Assembly: GCA_964618765.1 (NCBI GenBank)
Contig: CAZUDZ010000002.1
Coordinates: forward strand, 66,129 to 130,128
Direction: 5' to 3'
From: an uncultured Candidatus Saccharibacteria bacterium
GTDB lineage: Bacteria; Patescibacteriota; Dojkabacteria; SC72
Length of the DNA stretch: 64,000 nucleotides
This document shows positions 1 through 8,980 of the stretch, piece after piece (the first letter of the stretch is position 1; every line of letters begins with the position of its first letter). The translations under genes and the position numbers were made by a program. The notes under the pieces were generated by a model that was not told where the DNA came from, did no database searches, and was given only the letters and a program-made list of their open reading frames with translations.

Positions 1-396
1 TTTGTTTTAGACAGAAAGAATAATGACCTTACAGAGGAGATCAATAATAAGGTAGTACTTCTTTCAAATGAAAACTGGAAGAAAAATGCAATTCTTTTTG
101 ATAACTATCAAATACTTCTTACTAATGTTAAGGAAATAAAGACAGGACAAGATTTGAATTCCAATGAGATAAGTGAATTGATCAGTGGGATTCCTGCATC
201 TTTTAATTTACAATCCTTTTCTTACGACCAAGGTAGGGTGTCCTTGCATATCACTTCTTCAAACTTAGATACAGTTAAAAACTATGAATCTGCACTTAAG
301 GGAAATCCTGGTTATTATGATGTTCGATTTACTATAACCAAAGAGGATGCAGAGATTAGTGTAAGGGTAACTTTTAATTTATTCCCTACCGAGTAG
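1..396 (+). CDS. Type IV pilus assembly PilN-like protein, 5'-truncated by window edge (frame open from nt 1; listed ORF start at 154 is an internal TTG)
   Basis: No stop codon in frame 1 from nt 1 to 396; lies immediately upstream of a PilO-like gene with a 17-nt gap; PilN call is by synteny and not by a recognised motif. Confidence 0.4.
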   Translation, partial: FVLDRKNNDLTEEINNKVVLLSNENWKKNAILFDNYQILLTNVKEIKTGQDLNSNEISELISGIPASFNLQSFSYDQGRVSLHITSSNLDTVKNYESALKGNPGYYDVRFTITKEDAEISVRVTFNLFPTE

Positions 397-413
397 GGAA
401 AATATTTGATTAA

Positions 414-1028
414 ATGGCAGAGAAAAAAGTAAATACAGCAGAATATATAAAGATAATAAAGGAATCTCCCGAAAAGCAGAGATCATATATCTTCTTTGGG
501 TTCTCTCTCATTGTGGCTATCCTCTTAATACTGTTTGCAATTCGCCCTACCGTTACAACAATTTCTAGAATAAACAAAGAGATGAAAGAAAAGGCAAGAA
601 TCAATACCCTTTTGGAGCAAAAAATAAACACTCTTAATGATTTAGATAAAGAGTATGCAACTAATAGGGAAGCCTTTGATGCTTTGAAATTAGTTTATCC
701 GGCAGACAATAACTTTAGTCTTTTTTTGTCCAATATTGAGGCAATAACTGCAAGAAATGGATTCTCTCTTTCCTCTGTGAAGTTCGATAAGTACAGGGGA
801 AAAGAATACTCTCTAAATACAACAGTTCTCGTTCCCCACTCTGTTTCTTTTACTATAAGAGGGAGGCAAGTAAATATAATTGCCTTACTTAGGGATCTAG
901 AAGAGCTACCCATGTATCCAGTTGTAGAATCTCTGTCCTACTCTACTCAGGAGGGTTCAGATGGTTTAAGCTCTTTTAGTATAAGTCTAAGAATATACCG
1001 TATTGAGAATGATAATTTTTACAACTAA
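414..1028 (+). CDS. Type IV pilus assembly protein PilO-like (bitopic: short cytoplasmic N-term, one TM, coiled coil, C-terminal domain)
   Basis: ATG start; TM segment YIFFGFSLIVAILLILFAI followed by a coiled-coil stretch; C-terminal segment IIALLRDLEELPMYPVVESLSY resembles the conserved GspM/PilO C-terminal motif. Confidence 0.5.
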   Translation: MAEKKVNTAEYIKIIKESPEKQRSYIFFGFSLIVAILLILFAIRPTVTTISRINKEMKEKARINTLLEQKINTLNDLDKEYATNREAFDALKLVYPADNNFSLFLSNIEAITARNGFSLSSVKFDKYRGKEYSLNTTVLVPHSVSFTIRGRQVNIIALLRDLEELPMYPVVESLSYSTQEGSDGLSSFSISLRIYRIENDNFYN

Positions 1029-1032
1029 ATGA

Positions 1033-1269
1033 ATGGAAATAATTAAGAGAACTTTAGCCGCTTTAGTAATGTTATGTGTTGTGATATTGGTATGGGTCGG
1101 CTTTTACATATACTTTGAGAGCACAAATATTGATATAAATTCTAATGCTGAGAATTACACAAAGCAGCTCAAAAGCAATTTCGATTTAGAAGAGTTGGAA
1201 GAAATTAGTGAAAAGGTGGAAAATAATTTTCCTGTGGCCCCCGAAGTCTTTCTTTCTTTAGTTGATTAG
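1033..1269 (+). CDS. Small membrane protein (one TM), possibly pilus-operon associated
   Basis: ATG 4 nt after the PilO-like stop; hydrophobic segment LAALVMLCVVILVWVGFYIYF. Confidence 0.35.
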   Translation: MEIIKRTLAALVMLCVVILVWVGFYIYFESTNIDINSNAENYTKQLKSNFDLEELEEISEKVENNFPVAPEVFLSLVD

Positions 1270-1272
1270 TTA

Positions 1273-2352
1273 CTAATCAATATAATCATCGAGTTTCTGT
1301 TGTGCTGATTTCTCTTTTAATTTCTTTAGAGCTTTTGCTTCTATCTGCCTAATTCTCTCTCTTGTTACTCCAAATTCTTTCCCTACCTCTTCTAAGGTTC
1401 TAGAGACTCCATCATCTAGCCCAAACCTAAGTGAAAGGACACGCCTTTCTCTGTCCTGTAAGCTATCAAGAATTTCATGAAGTTGGTTCTTAAGATACTC
1501 TCCAGTAGCATAATCCTCTGGAGATTGTGACCAATCATCGGGAATAATGTCTTGTAGTTTACTATCCTTTTCCTCTCCTATAGGTGTAGCTAGGGAAGTA
1601 GGATTCTGTTTAATCTTCCTAATTTCTGCTATTCTTTCTACTTCAATATCCATTTCTTTTGCAATCTCTTCATCGGTAGGAGGTCTTCCTAGCTTAGTGG
1701 CTAAAATATTTCCTGTTTTATTAAACTTGTTAATAGTTTCTATCATATGTACTGGAATACGAATAGTTCTTGCTTGGTCAGCAATTGCCCTTGTAATAGC
1801 CTGTCGAATCCACCATGTGGCATATGTAGAGAACTTAAATCCTTTTCTGTAATCAAATTTCTCAACAGCTCTCATTAAACCGACATTTCCTTCCTGTATA
1901 AGATCTAGGAGTTCGAGATTGCTTTTACTATACTTCTTGGCAATACTTACAACTAACCTTAAATTAGCAGTTGTTAGCAATTGACGAGCCTCGTTGTCTC
2001 CTTTCTCCATTCGTTTCGCTAGGATAACTTCCTCTTCCTTTGTGAGTAAAGGGATCCTACCAATCTCGTATAGATACGATCTTATGGCATCAGTAGAAAC
2101 ATTTGTTTGAATAGTTTTTAAAATTCGGATCTTCTTTTCTAAGGTAAGTTCCTCTTTTGTTTCTACAGGGATATCCTCCTCAGGTTCTAATACCTCTATC
2201 TCGTTCTTCTGTAATTTCTCAAAGATCTCATCTAGAAGATCAATTTCCTCCTCTATGGTAGGAAAAACATCAAGAAGGTCTTCTTGTGTAAGAAATCCTT
2301 GATCTTTCCCCTTTTTAATTAAGTATTTAATGGATTTGCTTTTATCTGACAT
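1273..2352 (-). CDS. rpoD: RNA polymerase primary sigma factor (sigma-70 family, RpoD-like)
   Basis: ATG start; region 2 motif [22 protein letters not shown]; a region 4 HTH ([27 protein letters not shown]); 359 aa with short region 1. Confidence 0.9.
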   Translation of the reverse strand: MSDKSKSIKYLIKKGKDQGFLTQEDLLDVFPTIEEEIDLLDEIFEKLQKNEIEVLEPEEDIPVETKEELTLEKKIRILKTIQTNVSTDAIRSYLYEIGRIPLLTKEEEVILAKRMEKGDNEARQLLTTANLRLVVSIAKKYSKSNLELLDLIQEGNVGLMRAVEKFDYRKGFKFSTYATWWIRQAITRAIADQARTIRIPVHMIETINKFNKTGNILATKLGRPPTDEEIAKEMDIEVERIAEIRKIKQNPTSLATPIGEEKDSKLQDIIPDDWSQSPEDYATGEYLKNQLHEILDSLQDRERRVLSLRFGLDDGVSRTLEEVGKEFGVTRERIRQIEAKALKKLKEKSAQQKLDDYID

Positions 2353-2378
2353 TTAGATCTTGTGGTATAATTTTATAT

Positions 2379-2717
2379 ATGAATGATAAAGATAATAACA
2401 TACAAGTAAAAAAACAGTTCTTCTTAGACTCTGTCGCAAAGTTTTGTGACAAATGTGGCACTGCGTATAGTACAGACGATGTTAATATAATCCAGAATAC
2501 TGGAGTATCGGTTATTATACACTTTTCCTGTCATAGTTGTAAATCAAGGAACATAGCCACCTATATCCCACCGCTAGGAATGAGCAATAGAGTCCCGGTA
2601 AATTCCGATCTTACAGTTGGGGAAATTAAGAAATTTGCAAATCGGGACGAAGTAACTTTGGAAGAGATATTAAAGCTGTACACGCATCTTAAAGAGAACA
2701 GCAAAGTTTCTGTTTAA
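2379..2717 (+). CDS. Zinc-ribbon protein (CxxC ... CxxC), function unknown
   Basis: ATG start; cysteine pairs CDKC and CHSC about 27 residues apart; divergently transcribed from rpoD with a 26-nt gap. Confidence 0.4.
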   Translation: MNDKDNNIQVKKQFFLDSVAKFCDKCGTAYSTDDVNIIQNTGVSVIIHFSCHSCKSRNIATYIPPLGMSNRVPVNSDLTVGEIKKFANRDEVTLEEILKLYTHLKENSKVSV

Positions 2718-2728
2718 GAAGTGTTTAG

Positions 2729-5725
2729 CTAGTTAGGAATTCTCCATACTATTGGGAACTTTAAGTCTTGATTGAGTTCAAATCTCCCTGAGAGTTGGTT
2801 ACTGATACTATTAAGGCCCTTGGAGCTTTCTAAATTCCATGTGGATGGGTAAGTGACATCTAGCTTGTATGCATGTCTCTTTTCTCCAGGCTGTTTGAAC
2901 AGATCTACAGTGAAGAAGGCATTCTGTTCCTGCAAAACGATTGGGAAGCTAGATCCCTGTGAGTCTCTTTCGATTCTGTAGGATATTTCCAAAGTATTTG
3001 TAGATTGAATGGGAGTATTAAACCAACCACCTATAACTTTAAAACCACTCTCTCTATATGTACTATACTCATTATTTTCAAACCCACTAATCTTTAGGAT
3101 CGTAGCCTCTGGTGGGAGGTAGATTCTTTGGTAGTTAACATACTCTCCCTCTGGGTAATTTGTAGAGGTAGAAGTATTCTCTACGGTTAAGGAGTAAGTG
3201 AAATCTACGGTATCCGTATCTTTTATGTTTATCAGAAGATTGTGGTTCTTATCCAAATACAAATTTGCTTTATTCCCTCCCCAGTTCCAATCTATCCCTA
3301 TTGGGGCATTGTTATACTCAAAGCTCATGGAGTTTGCCCAGTTCCTGTAGGCAAAGAAATTAAAAGCATCTCTGTTTTTAAATGTTGCTTGAAGATGTTT
3401 TTCGTCTAGGGTGTTTGTAAAAATATCAGCAAGCTCAATTAATTCCATAGCATTCATAGAAAGGATCTTTTTGACAATCTCGTTTGCAAGATTAGCAAGG
3501 AAAGTTGTTTTTTGAGTTGAACCCGGAGTAAACTCCTCGTGCATTTCAAATATTCTGCCGTAAAGATTCTCTGCTGTTATGAGTTCTCTTTCTCCTGGCA
3601 CTTCAATTCCTCCCCATTTCTCAAGAAGCTTTTGGATAAAGGTTACATCTATTGTAATCAACCCATCTAAAGCAACCCCTTTTCCTAAATTCCTCACAAA
3701 AGGTTCTGCTTCGTTTAGAGTGTCAAGAAGGTCAGGATACCAGTTTATTAAAGCAAAAGGCCACTGTGTAATTTCTAAAGCATTAGCCATAGACCTAGGA
3801 GGAGTGTATCTTTTATTCTGTATGCTTAACATACCGTCTGCATTGTATATATCATCAACAAAAAGTTCTCGTATCTGTCCACCCTCTATACCAATAATCC
3901 CATAACTAGTCAGCCAGCCACCAGTACTTCTTAATTCCCCTTCGTTCTGAAGAAAAATTAGATATCGTTTCCGTTCTGTGACTCCTAGTAGGTCGGGTAG
4001 GAAAGAGTTTATCTCCTTAAAATTCTTAGTCCCTTGCTCTAATTCTGTTATGATATCCTTTATTTCTAAAACCTTCTCTTGGAGAACTTCAGGGAAAATA
4101 GCTGTATTAAGGTCATTAATAATTTGAGAGGCAAGGGATATCTTGTAGGAGGCCTCTACTAATCTGTAATCATTCTTCTTCATTCCTTCTAAATAACTTC
4201 TGTACTCCCTAGTGGTCGTCGGAGTTGCTGTTTGGAAGTCTAATGCAGGTTCAAAGTCATGGATATACTCAGTCAGAGGGAAGGCAGCCTCTACTAGCTC
4301 CTTAGCTCCCTGTACAGTATATTGTGCCCCTAGTATTAGCTGAGTACTGTTGTCATACAGTTCATCCTGTTTGGTGATTTTAAAAATCCAGTACATGCTA
4401 TCTACACTCTGGGCGACTCTATCCACATTTCTACTCATTCTCTCCACCGTTTTTCTTGTTTGGGTTTGATCTATATCCAATACAGATGTAGTCAATTCCT
4501 TCGCCGAAGAATTAATCAAAAATACTCCAATCAGTGTTCCAATAACGGGATAGATTAGAAAGTATGTTAATGCTAATAGACCAAGGGAAGAAAGAGTTAT
4601 TGTAAGAAGCTTTTTAATATCAAATACTTTGTTTCTCTCTCTTCTAACAACTTTTTTAAGAGGAGAGAAAATTCCCGAGAGAAATTCTCCAAGCTTTGTT
4701 TTCCCCACTGTGACCGTATCTTTTTTCTTCTGTGTTTTCTCTTTCTTTTCTATATCCCAAGTTTTGTTTGTATTCTCGTAATATTTCTGAATCTGCTCTA
4801 CTAAAGCCTCCTCCAAAATCACCTGTTGAACCCATCCATACTTAGTGGCATGTGGTGCTGGAACATAAAGGTCCTGGATGATAAATTGACTCTCTGGATT
4901 TTCAACAAATCTAATCGTTTGAGCTTCGGTATTAAGCTCTAAAAGCTTGTATGCTAAAGACAAGGTAGTATAGTCATTCTTATTTGCTAAAGAAATAACC
5001 TCCCCCTTTGTATTGTCAGAAAAAGAGAGTTTCAAAATGCCGTAAGTAGCATCAGCCTCATGGATCAAAGAGTGGATATCTAAGCCCTCACCCTTTATAA
5101 CTATCTGATTTCTCTGCACGCTATCACTTAACAATTCATCTAGTATCTCGTTATCTACCCTCTCTACACCTTTCCCAATTACTGTCCCCAACCTTAAAAT
5201 CCTAAGGTTAAGATCAGATTTGTCTTTGAACTCAGCAGCCAAAGTCTCAGAGTATTTCTGTAACTCCATATTTGAATATGGTGAGGGAGTAGCTAATTTC
5301 TCGTTATTTACCCTGTTTGCAAGCTCACGGTTTAATGGTAAGGAAGTAATGAGAGAAAACTTCGCATGATTCTTTTTGCTGTTTACAAGTGTATCTTCTA
5401 ATATTTTTGTCTCATTAAGAAACTCCTTGCTGTCAAACTCTTCCTGAGCGAGACGACTGTTTAGAAAATAGAAGAGATAATCAAACCTTTTAATATTCTT
5501 AAAGAGAGAATTAAAACCCTTAAAATCAAAGAAGTCAAAGAGCTCAGATTTTTTTAATTCAGAAAGGTACTTCTTAGTCTCACTATTAAACCGATCTATT
5601 ATGACAACATAACAACCTTGCTCTATCAAGGTTTTTGCAGTCAGATAGCCGATTCTATTGCCCCCATGTACAATAATTGAAATTGGGGTTTGTGGCTTAA
5701 TTTTATTTAATCTTAAGTTACTCAT
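2729..5725 (-). CDS. Large envelope protein: N-terminal NAD-binding Rossmann/epimerase-like domain with degenerate catalytic motif, single TM, about 590-aa extracytoplasmic C-terminal domain
   Basis: ATG start; Rossmann-type glycine-rich motif IIVHGGNRIGYLTAKTLIEQGCYVVIID; epimerase-like PSPYSNMELQKY in which the canonical YxxxK lysine position is E; TM segment LLTITLSSLGLLALTYFLIYPVIGTLIGVFLI near residue 380; 998 aa. Confidence 0.55.
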   Translation of the reverse strand: MSNLRLNKIKPQTPISIIVHGGNRIGYLTAKTLIEQGCYVVIIDRFNSETKKYLSELKKSELFDFFDFKGFNSLFKNIKRFDYLFYFLNSRLAQEEFDSKEFLNETKILEDTLVNSKKNHAKFSLITSLPLNRELANRVNNEKLATPSPYSNMELQKYSETLAAEFKDKSDLNLRILRLGTVIGKGVERVDNEILDELLSDSVQRNQIVIKGEGLDIHSLIHEADATYGILKLSFSDNTKGEVISLANKNDYTTLSLAYKLLELNTEAQTIRFVENPESQFIIQDLYVPAPHATKYGWVQQVILEEALVEQIQKYYENTNKTWDIEKKEKTQKKKDTVTVGKTKLGEFLSGIFSPLKKVVRRERNKVFDIKKLLTITLSSLGLLALTYFLIYPVIGTLIGVFLINSSAKELTTSVLDIDQTQTRKTVERMSRNVDRVAQSVDSMYWIFKITKQDELYDNSTQLILGAQYTVQGAKELVEAAFPLTEYIHDFEPALDFQTATPTTTREYRSYLEGMKKNDYRLVEASYKISLASQIINDLNTAIFPEVLQEKVLEIKDIITELEQGTKNFKEINSFLPDLLGVTERKRYLIFLQNEGELRSTGGWLTSYGIIGIEGGQIRELFVDDIYNADGMLSIQNKRYTPPRSMANALEITQWPFALINWYPDLLDTLNEAEPFVRNLGKGVALDGLITIDVTFIQKLLEKWGGIEVPGERELITAENLYGRIFEMHEEFTPGSTQKTTFLANLANEIVKKILSMNAMELIELADIFTNTLDEKHLQATFKNRDAFNFFAYRNWANSMSFEYNNAPIGIDWNWGGNKANLYLDKNHNLLINIKDTDTVDFTYSLTVENTSTSTNYPEGEYVNYQRIYLPPEATILKISGFENNEYSTYRESGFKVIGGWFNTPIQSTNTLEISYRIERDSQGSSFPIVLQEQNAFFTVDLFKQPGEKRHAYKLDVTYPSTWNLESSKGLNSISNQLSGRFELNQDLKFPIVWRIPN

Positions 5726-6431
5726 TTAGAACCTCCTCTACTTGTACTTCTTCTTCCTCCTCTTGGTCTTTAGAGGGATCATCCTTCTTGACTGTATCAA
5801 AAATAACAGGAATGGGGAAGTGGAAAGTTTTTAGATTTAACACATAATTATTTCTGATTAGAACTGGAATTTCAACACTTTCTGCTCCTGTAGGAACAAC
5901 TTTAATGTTGTATTGGCTTTCTTTTAGACTTAAATTCGTAACAGGAGAAACTTTAAGAAATTCTCCATCAAGGAAAACTCTTGCATCATCAGAATTACTA
6001 ATAACAGAGAGGAAACCTTCTTGCGAAGATGTTCTAACGGGGGTGTAATAAAGGATTATTCCTTGTAGTAAATCATCTGGACCGATCTCTAGATCTATTC
6101 TAGCAGAAGTATTTCTAGTTAATTGAATTTGAAACGCCTGTTTATTGTAGAAGGAAGATTCTCCAACAATTCTTTCTAGCTCTACCAGGTATGTTCCTTC
6201 TGCTAGGTTTTCTATTGTTGTTGGGGTCTCTCCATAGTCCTTTCCATCTATCCAGATTTTAGCAACTCCTTTTTTGGTTGTGATTTCTAAGGTTGTGTTA
6301 TTGTAGAACTGATTAATTATGGGGAGTTGTCCAATCAGTTGATTTAGAGGGAGAAAGTATAGCAGAATAGATACTGCTATTACAGAAACAATTATTATTA
6401 AAGCAGTTTTACTCTTTTTCATTATTCCCAA
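5718..6431 (-). CDS. PEGA-domain membrane-anchored protein (N-terminal TM, two PEGA-like beta repeats, acidic C-terminal tail)
   Basis: ATG start; TM ALIIIVSVIAVSILLYFL; PEGA-like repeats AKIWIDGKDYGETPTTIENLAEGTYLVEL and ARVFLDGEFLKVSPVTNLSLKESQYNIKVV; 8-nt overlap with the downstream 998-aa gene. Confidence 0.5.
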   Translation of the reverse strand: MGIMKKSKTALIIIVSVIAVSILLYFLPLNQLIGQLPIINQFYNNTTLEITTKKGVAKIWIDGKDYGETPTTIENLAEGTYLVELERIVGESSFYNKQAFQIQLTRNTSARIDLEIGPDDLLQGIILYYTPVRTSSQEGFLSVISNSDDARVFLDGEFLKVSPVTNLSLKESQYNIKVVPTGAESVEIPVLIRNNYVLNLKTFHFPIPVIFDTVKKDDPSKDQEEEEEVQVEEVLNE

Positions 6432-6527
6432 TTATATGCACTAAGAAGCCAGGCTTCCAGGCCCTATAGTATCTTCCTAGTGGGAAAGATATTGTCATCT
6501 TGATATAAAGGGAGTTTTAACCTTGAC

Positions 6528-7730
6528 TTAGTAAGAGTATTTTGACTCAGGACTTTCTTGCTTCTGTTTGTTTTCCTTTCGCCTGGAAGCCTTTACATTT
6601 ATATATACTACGAAACCTATTCCTAAAGCCAAAGAAATAGTCAGTGCGAAATAGCGCAGAGCACCAGTCGTTAATATCGCAAAAGAGCCAAGGAAGAGTG
6701 TAACGGACATTTCTGTTAAAACTAACTGAGACCTAGAGAGCTCAAGTTTCATTAACTGATGATGTAAATGGTCAGGTCCGCTTAATTTCATTAATTCACC
6801 AAGACTTTTTGGTTTGTGAGTAATATATCTTTTAATTATTACATAGATAAAATCTATTAAGGGAAGAATAAGTAGCATTATTGTAGTAGAAATCTTAGCG
6901 TCTGCAACAAGAGCCAGTATACAAATAAGAAAGCCATAGACGGATTTCCCCGCCGATCCCGTCATTATTTTTTGAGGTGGAAAGGCGAAAATCAAAAAAG
7001 CAAGTAACCCTCCTCCGATGAAGATACTAACGGTAGAGGAGAAAACAGATGAATCCCTTATGGCGATAATGAATATTAGTGAAAATATTACCAAGGAATT
7101 TGCTTCTATGATTCCCGGAGAACCTGCAGTCCATTTAACAGAATTAATACAAACAAGAATCCAGAAAAAGAGGAATATATCGCCAGGGAGAGAAAGAGAC
7201 TGCTGTATTCCTAGTACAGAGAAATTTAAATTAAAGAAGTTTAAATCAATATCAAAGAAAGGTATGGAATTTATACTTAAAATAGAGAGTGCTATTATCC
7301 CTGCAGCCATAACCTGGTAAATGATTTGTACTTTAGCTGGCAAATTCAAGACATCATCCAATGTTGCACCAACAATCAACACTACAAGGGCCACAACAAT
7401 GGGGATTGTAAAACTGTTAAGCTCAAAGAAAAACAGAATTGCTAGTAGAGCAGGGATTGTAATCGCTACCCCTCCTAGAGATGGAGTTATCCCTTCATGC
7501 AGGGCTTTCTGGGAGTTATCTGAATCTCTCCTTCCAACTCTTGGAATATATGTAATCCCATATTTTGAAGCGATATTACCTAATAACGGAGCCAAAAAAA
7601 GGGAAATCACAAAACCGATTAAAAATACCGGCCAGTATTCCAGATACTTGCCATACTCTGTTCCTTGGGCGAATACAGGAAATTGATTAATAAAAGCAGA
7701 GAAATACGATGTCGTAGATGAAAAATCCAT
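6528..7730 (-). CDS. Polyprenyl-phosphate phospho-sugar transferase, MraY/WecA (GT4) family
   Basis: ATG start; polytopic membrane protein; conserved motifs LDDVLNL (DDxxxL) and GPDHLHHQLMKL (the HHH-type motif of the MraY/WecA family); 400 aa. Confidence 0.6.
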   Translation of the reverse strand: MDFSSTTSYFSAFINQFPVFAQGTEYGKYLEYWPVFLIGFVISLFLAPLLGNIASKYGITYIPRVGRRDSDNSQKALHEGITPSLGGVAITIPALLAILFFFELNSFTIPIVVALVVLIVGATLDDVLNLPAKVQIIYQVMAAGIIALSILSINSIPFFDIDLNFFNLNFSVLGIQQSLSLPGDIFLFFWILVCINSVKWTAGSPGIIEANSLVIFSLIFIIAIRDSSVFSSTVSIFIGGGLLAFLIFAFPPQKIMTGSAGKSVYGFLICILALVADAKISTTIMLLILPLIDFIYVIIKRYITHKPKSLGELMKLSGPDHLHHQLMKLELSRSQLVLTEMSVTLFLGSFAILTTGALRYFALTISLALGIGFVVYINVKASRRKENKQKQESPESKYSY

Positions 7731-7731
7731 A

Positions 7732-8193
7732 TTAAAAAAGATTAATTAGATCAATTAAAATAAGTGTTTGGGATACGGTACAAAGTATGGAAGAAAAAAG
7801 TAAAAATTTAATTAATATCTTCTCACTATTATAATACCTTGATGTAAAGAGGAAAGAAAGGAGTAAACCTATTACGGAAATTGTTGGGAAGAGAATAATG
7901 TAATCTTTTACTGCTAATTTATTAGAGATAGAGATGAAATATTTAAAAATAGGAACATATGTAGGAAGGTCGGGTAATTTTGTTACTATCAAGTATATTT
8001 GTTGTGCAATCAAAACGGAGCTTATGCTAAAAGTCGCCCATACAAGAGGATCTTTCAGAAATTTTTTTACTTCAAATTTGAGAATTGCTAGGTCAATATT
8101 TCCTTTTATTTTGAAAAACTTGTTTTTGAAGGGTTCTTTTATCCCTAATCCAAGCTGTTCGTTTTTCTCCTTTTTCTCCTCCTTTTTCTTCAT
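7732..8193 (-). CDS. Hypothetical membrane protein (basic N-terminus, C-terminal TM helices)
   Basis: ATG start; 1-nt gap to the downstream MraY/WecA-like gene, so it lies in the operon; hydrophobic C-terminal half. Confidence 0.4.
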   Translation of the reverse strand: MKKKEEKKEKNEQLGLGIKEPFKNKFFKIKGNIDLAILKFEVKKFLKDPLVWATFSISSVLIAQQIYLIVTKLPDLPTYVPIFKYFISISNKLAVKDYIILFPTISVIGLLLSFLFTSRYYNSEKILIKFLLFSSILCTVSQTLILIDLINLF

Positions 8194-8212
8194 TCACTTA
8201 TTATATCAAAAG

Positions 8213-8980
8213 CTATCTGATATTACTGAAGAGAAATAAAAAGTCGTCAAGAGAGAGATGCTGTGGTCTTTTTGAAAGAAGAACTTCTGTTTCTTCTTCT
8301 GCGAACAGATAAGAGCCCTTGGTGTTGTTCCTTAAAGTCTTTCGTGGTTGCATAAAAGAAATCTTAAGAAATTTTTCAAAATCTGCAATATTAATCTCAC
8401 CAGGGATATCTTTAGGAGAGAACTTTATAAAAGAGCTAGTAACATTAGGCTTTGGCTTAAAGGAATCTCTTGAGATATCGAAAACCCTTTGTACATCAGC
8501 AAATAGAGAGGTTGTAAGGGAAAGAAGGTTGTTATTGGGCAGTTGGCTAGTATATTTGAGTGCAACCTCCTTTTGAATAATAAAATAACAGTTCATAACG
8601 AAATACTTAGACCTTATAATCTTTTTAATTATTCTCTTACTAACATTGTAAGGTAAGGATCCGAAAAAAAGTATTCTTTTACCAGCATGCTCTTCTAGTT
8701 CTGTAAAATCCCACTGCAGGAAATCATAGTTTTTTACATTAGCATTAGGGTATTGGTCGCACAGTGCTTTTGAGAGAGCATTATCCTTTTCGACAAGAAT
8801 TAAATCTGTGTCCTGTTGAGCTAAAAACTGTGTGAAAGATCCTGTCCCAGGTCCGATTTCTACTATTAAATCGGGCTCTTCTTGAGTAACAATATCGGAG
8901 ATTTGTTCTGCGAGGTTTCTATTTACGAAGAAATTCTGGCCTAAGGATCTCTTGTTTTTTACTTTACCCTGAAGTCCCAT
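8213..8980 (-). CDS. rsmA: 16S rRNA (adenine1518/1519-N6)-dimethyltransferase RsmA/KsgA
   Basis: ATG preceded by an AGGAGGAGG Shine-Dalgarno; N-terminal LGQNFFVN motif and SAM motif LVEIGPGTGSFT typical of KsgA. Confidence 0.85.
   Translation of the reverse strand: MGLQGKVKNKRSLGQNFFVNRNLAEQISDIVTQEEPDLIVEIGPGTGSFTQFLAQQDTDLILVEKDNALSKALCDQYPNANVKNYDFLQWDFTELEEHAGKRILFFGSLPYNVSKRIIKKIIRSKYFVMNCYFIIQKEVALKYTSQLPNNNLLSLTTSLFADVQRVFDISRDSFKPKPNVTSSFIKFSPKDIPGEINIADFEKFLKISFMQPRKTLRNNTKGSYLFAEEETEVLLSKRPQHLSLDDFLFLFSNIR

Noticed and set aside
2379-2717. Zinc anti-sigma (ZAS) factor call for the zinc-ribbon protein next to rpoD
   Set aside because: The spacing is HxxCxxC, not the HxxxCxxC of ZAS proteins. 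Anti-sigma factors pair with ECF sigmas, not the primary sigma. Left as an uncharacterised zinc-ribbon protein.
6432-6527. Imperfect hairpins (GAAGC-CAGG-GCTTC; TATCTTCC-TAGTG-GGAAAGATA) between the MraY/WecA-like and PEGA genes
   Set aside because: The stems are short or bulged and no T-tract follows on the minus strand, so they are not a convincing intrinsic terminator. The genes are more likely co-transcribed.
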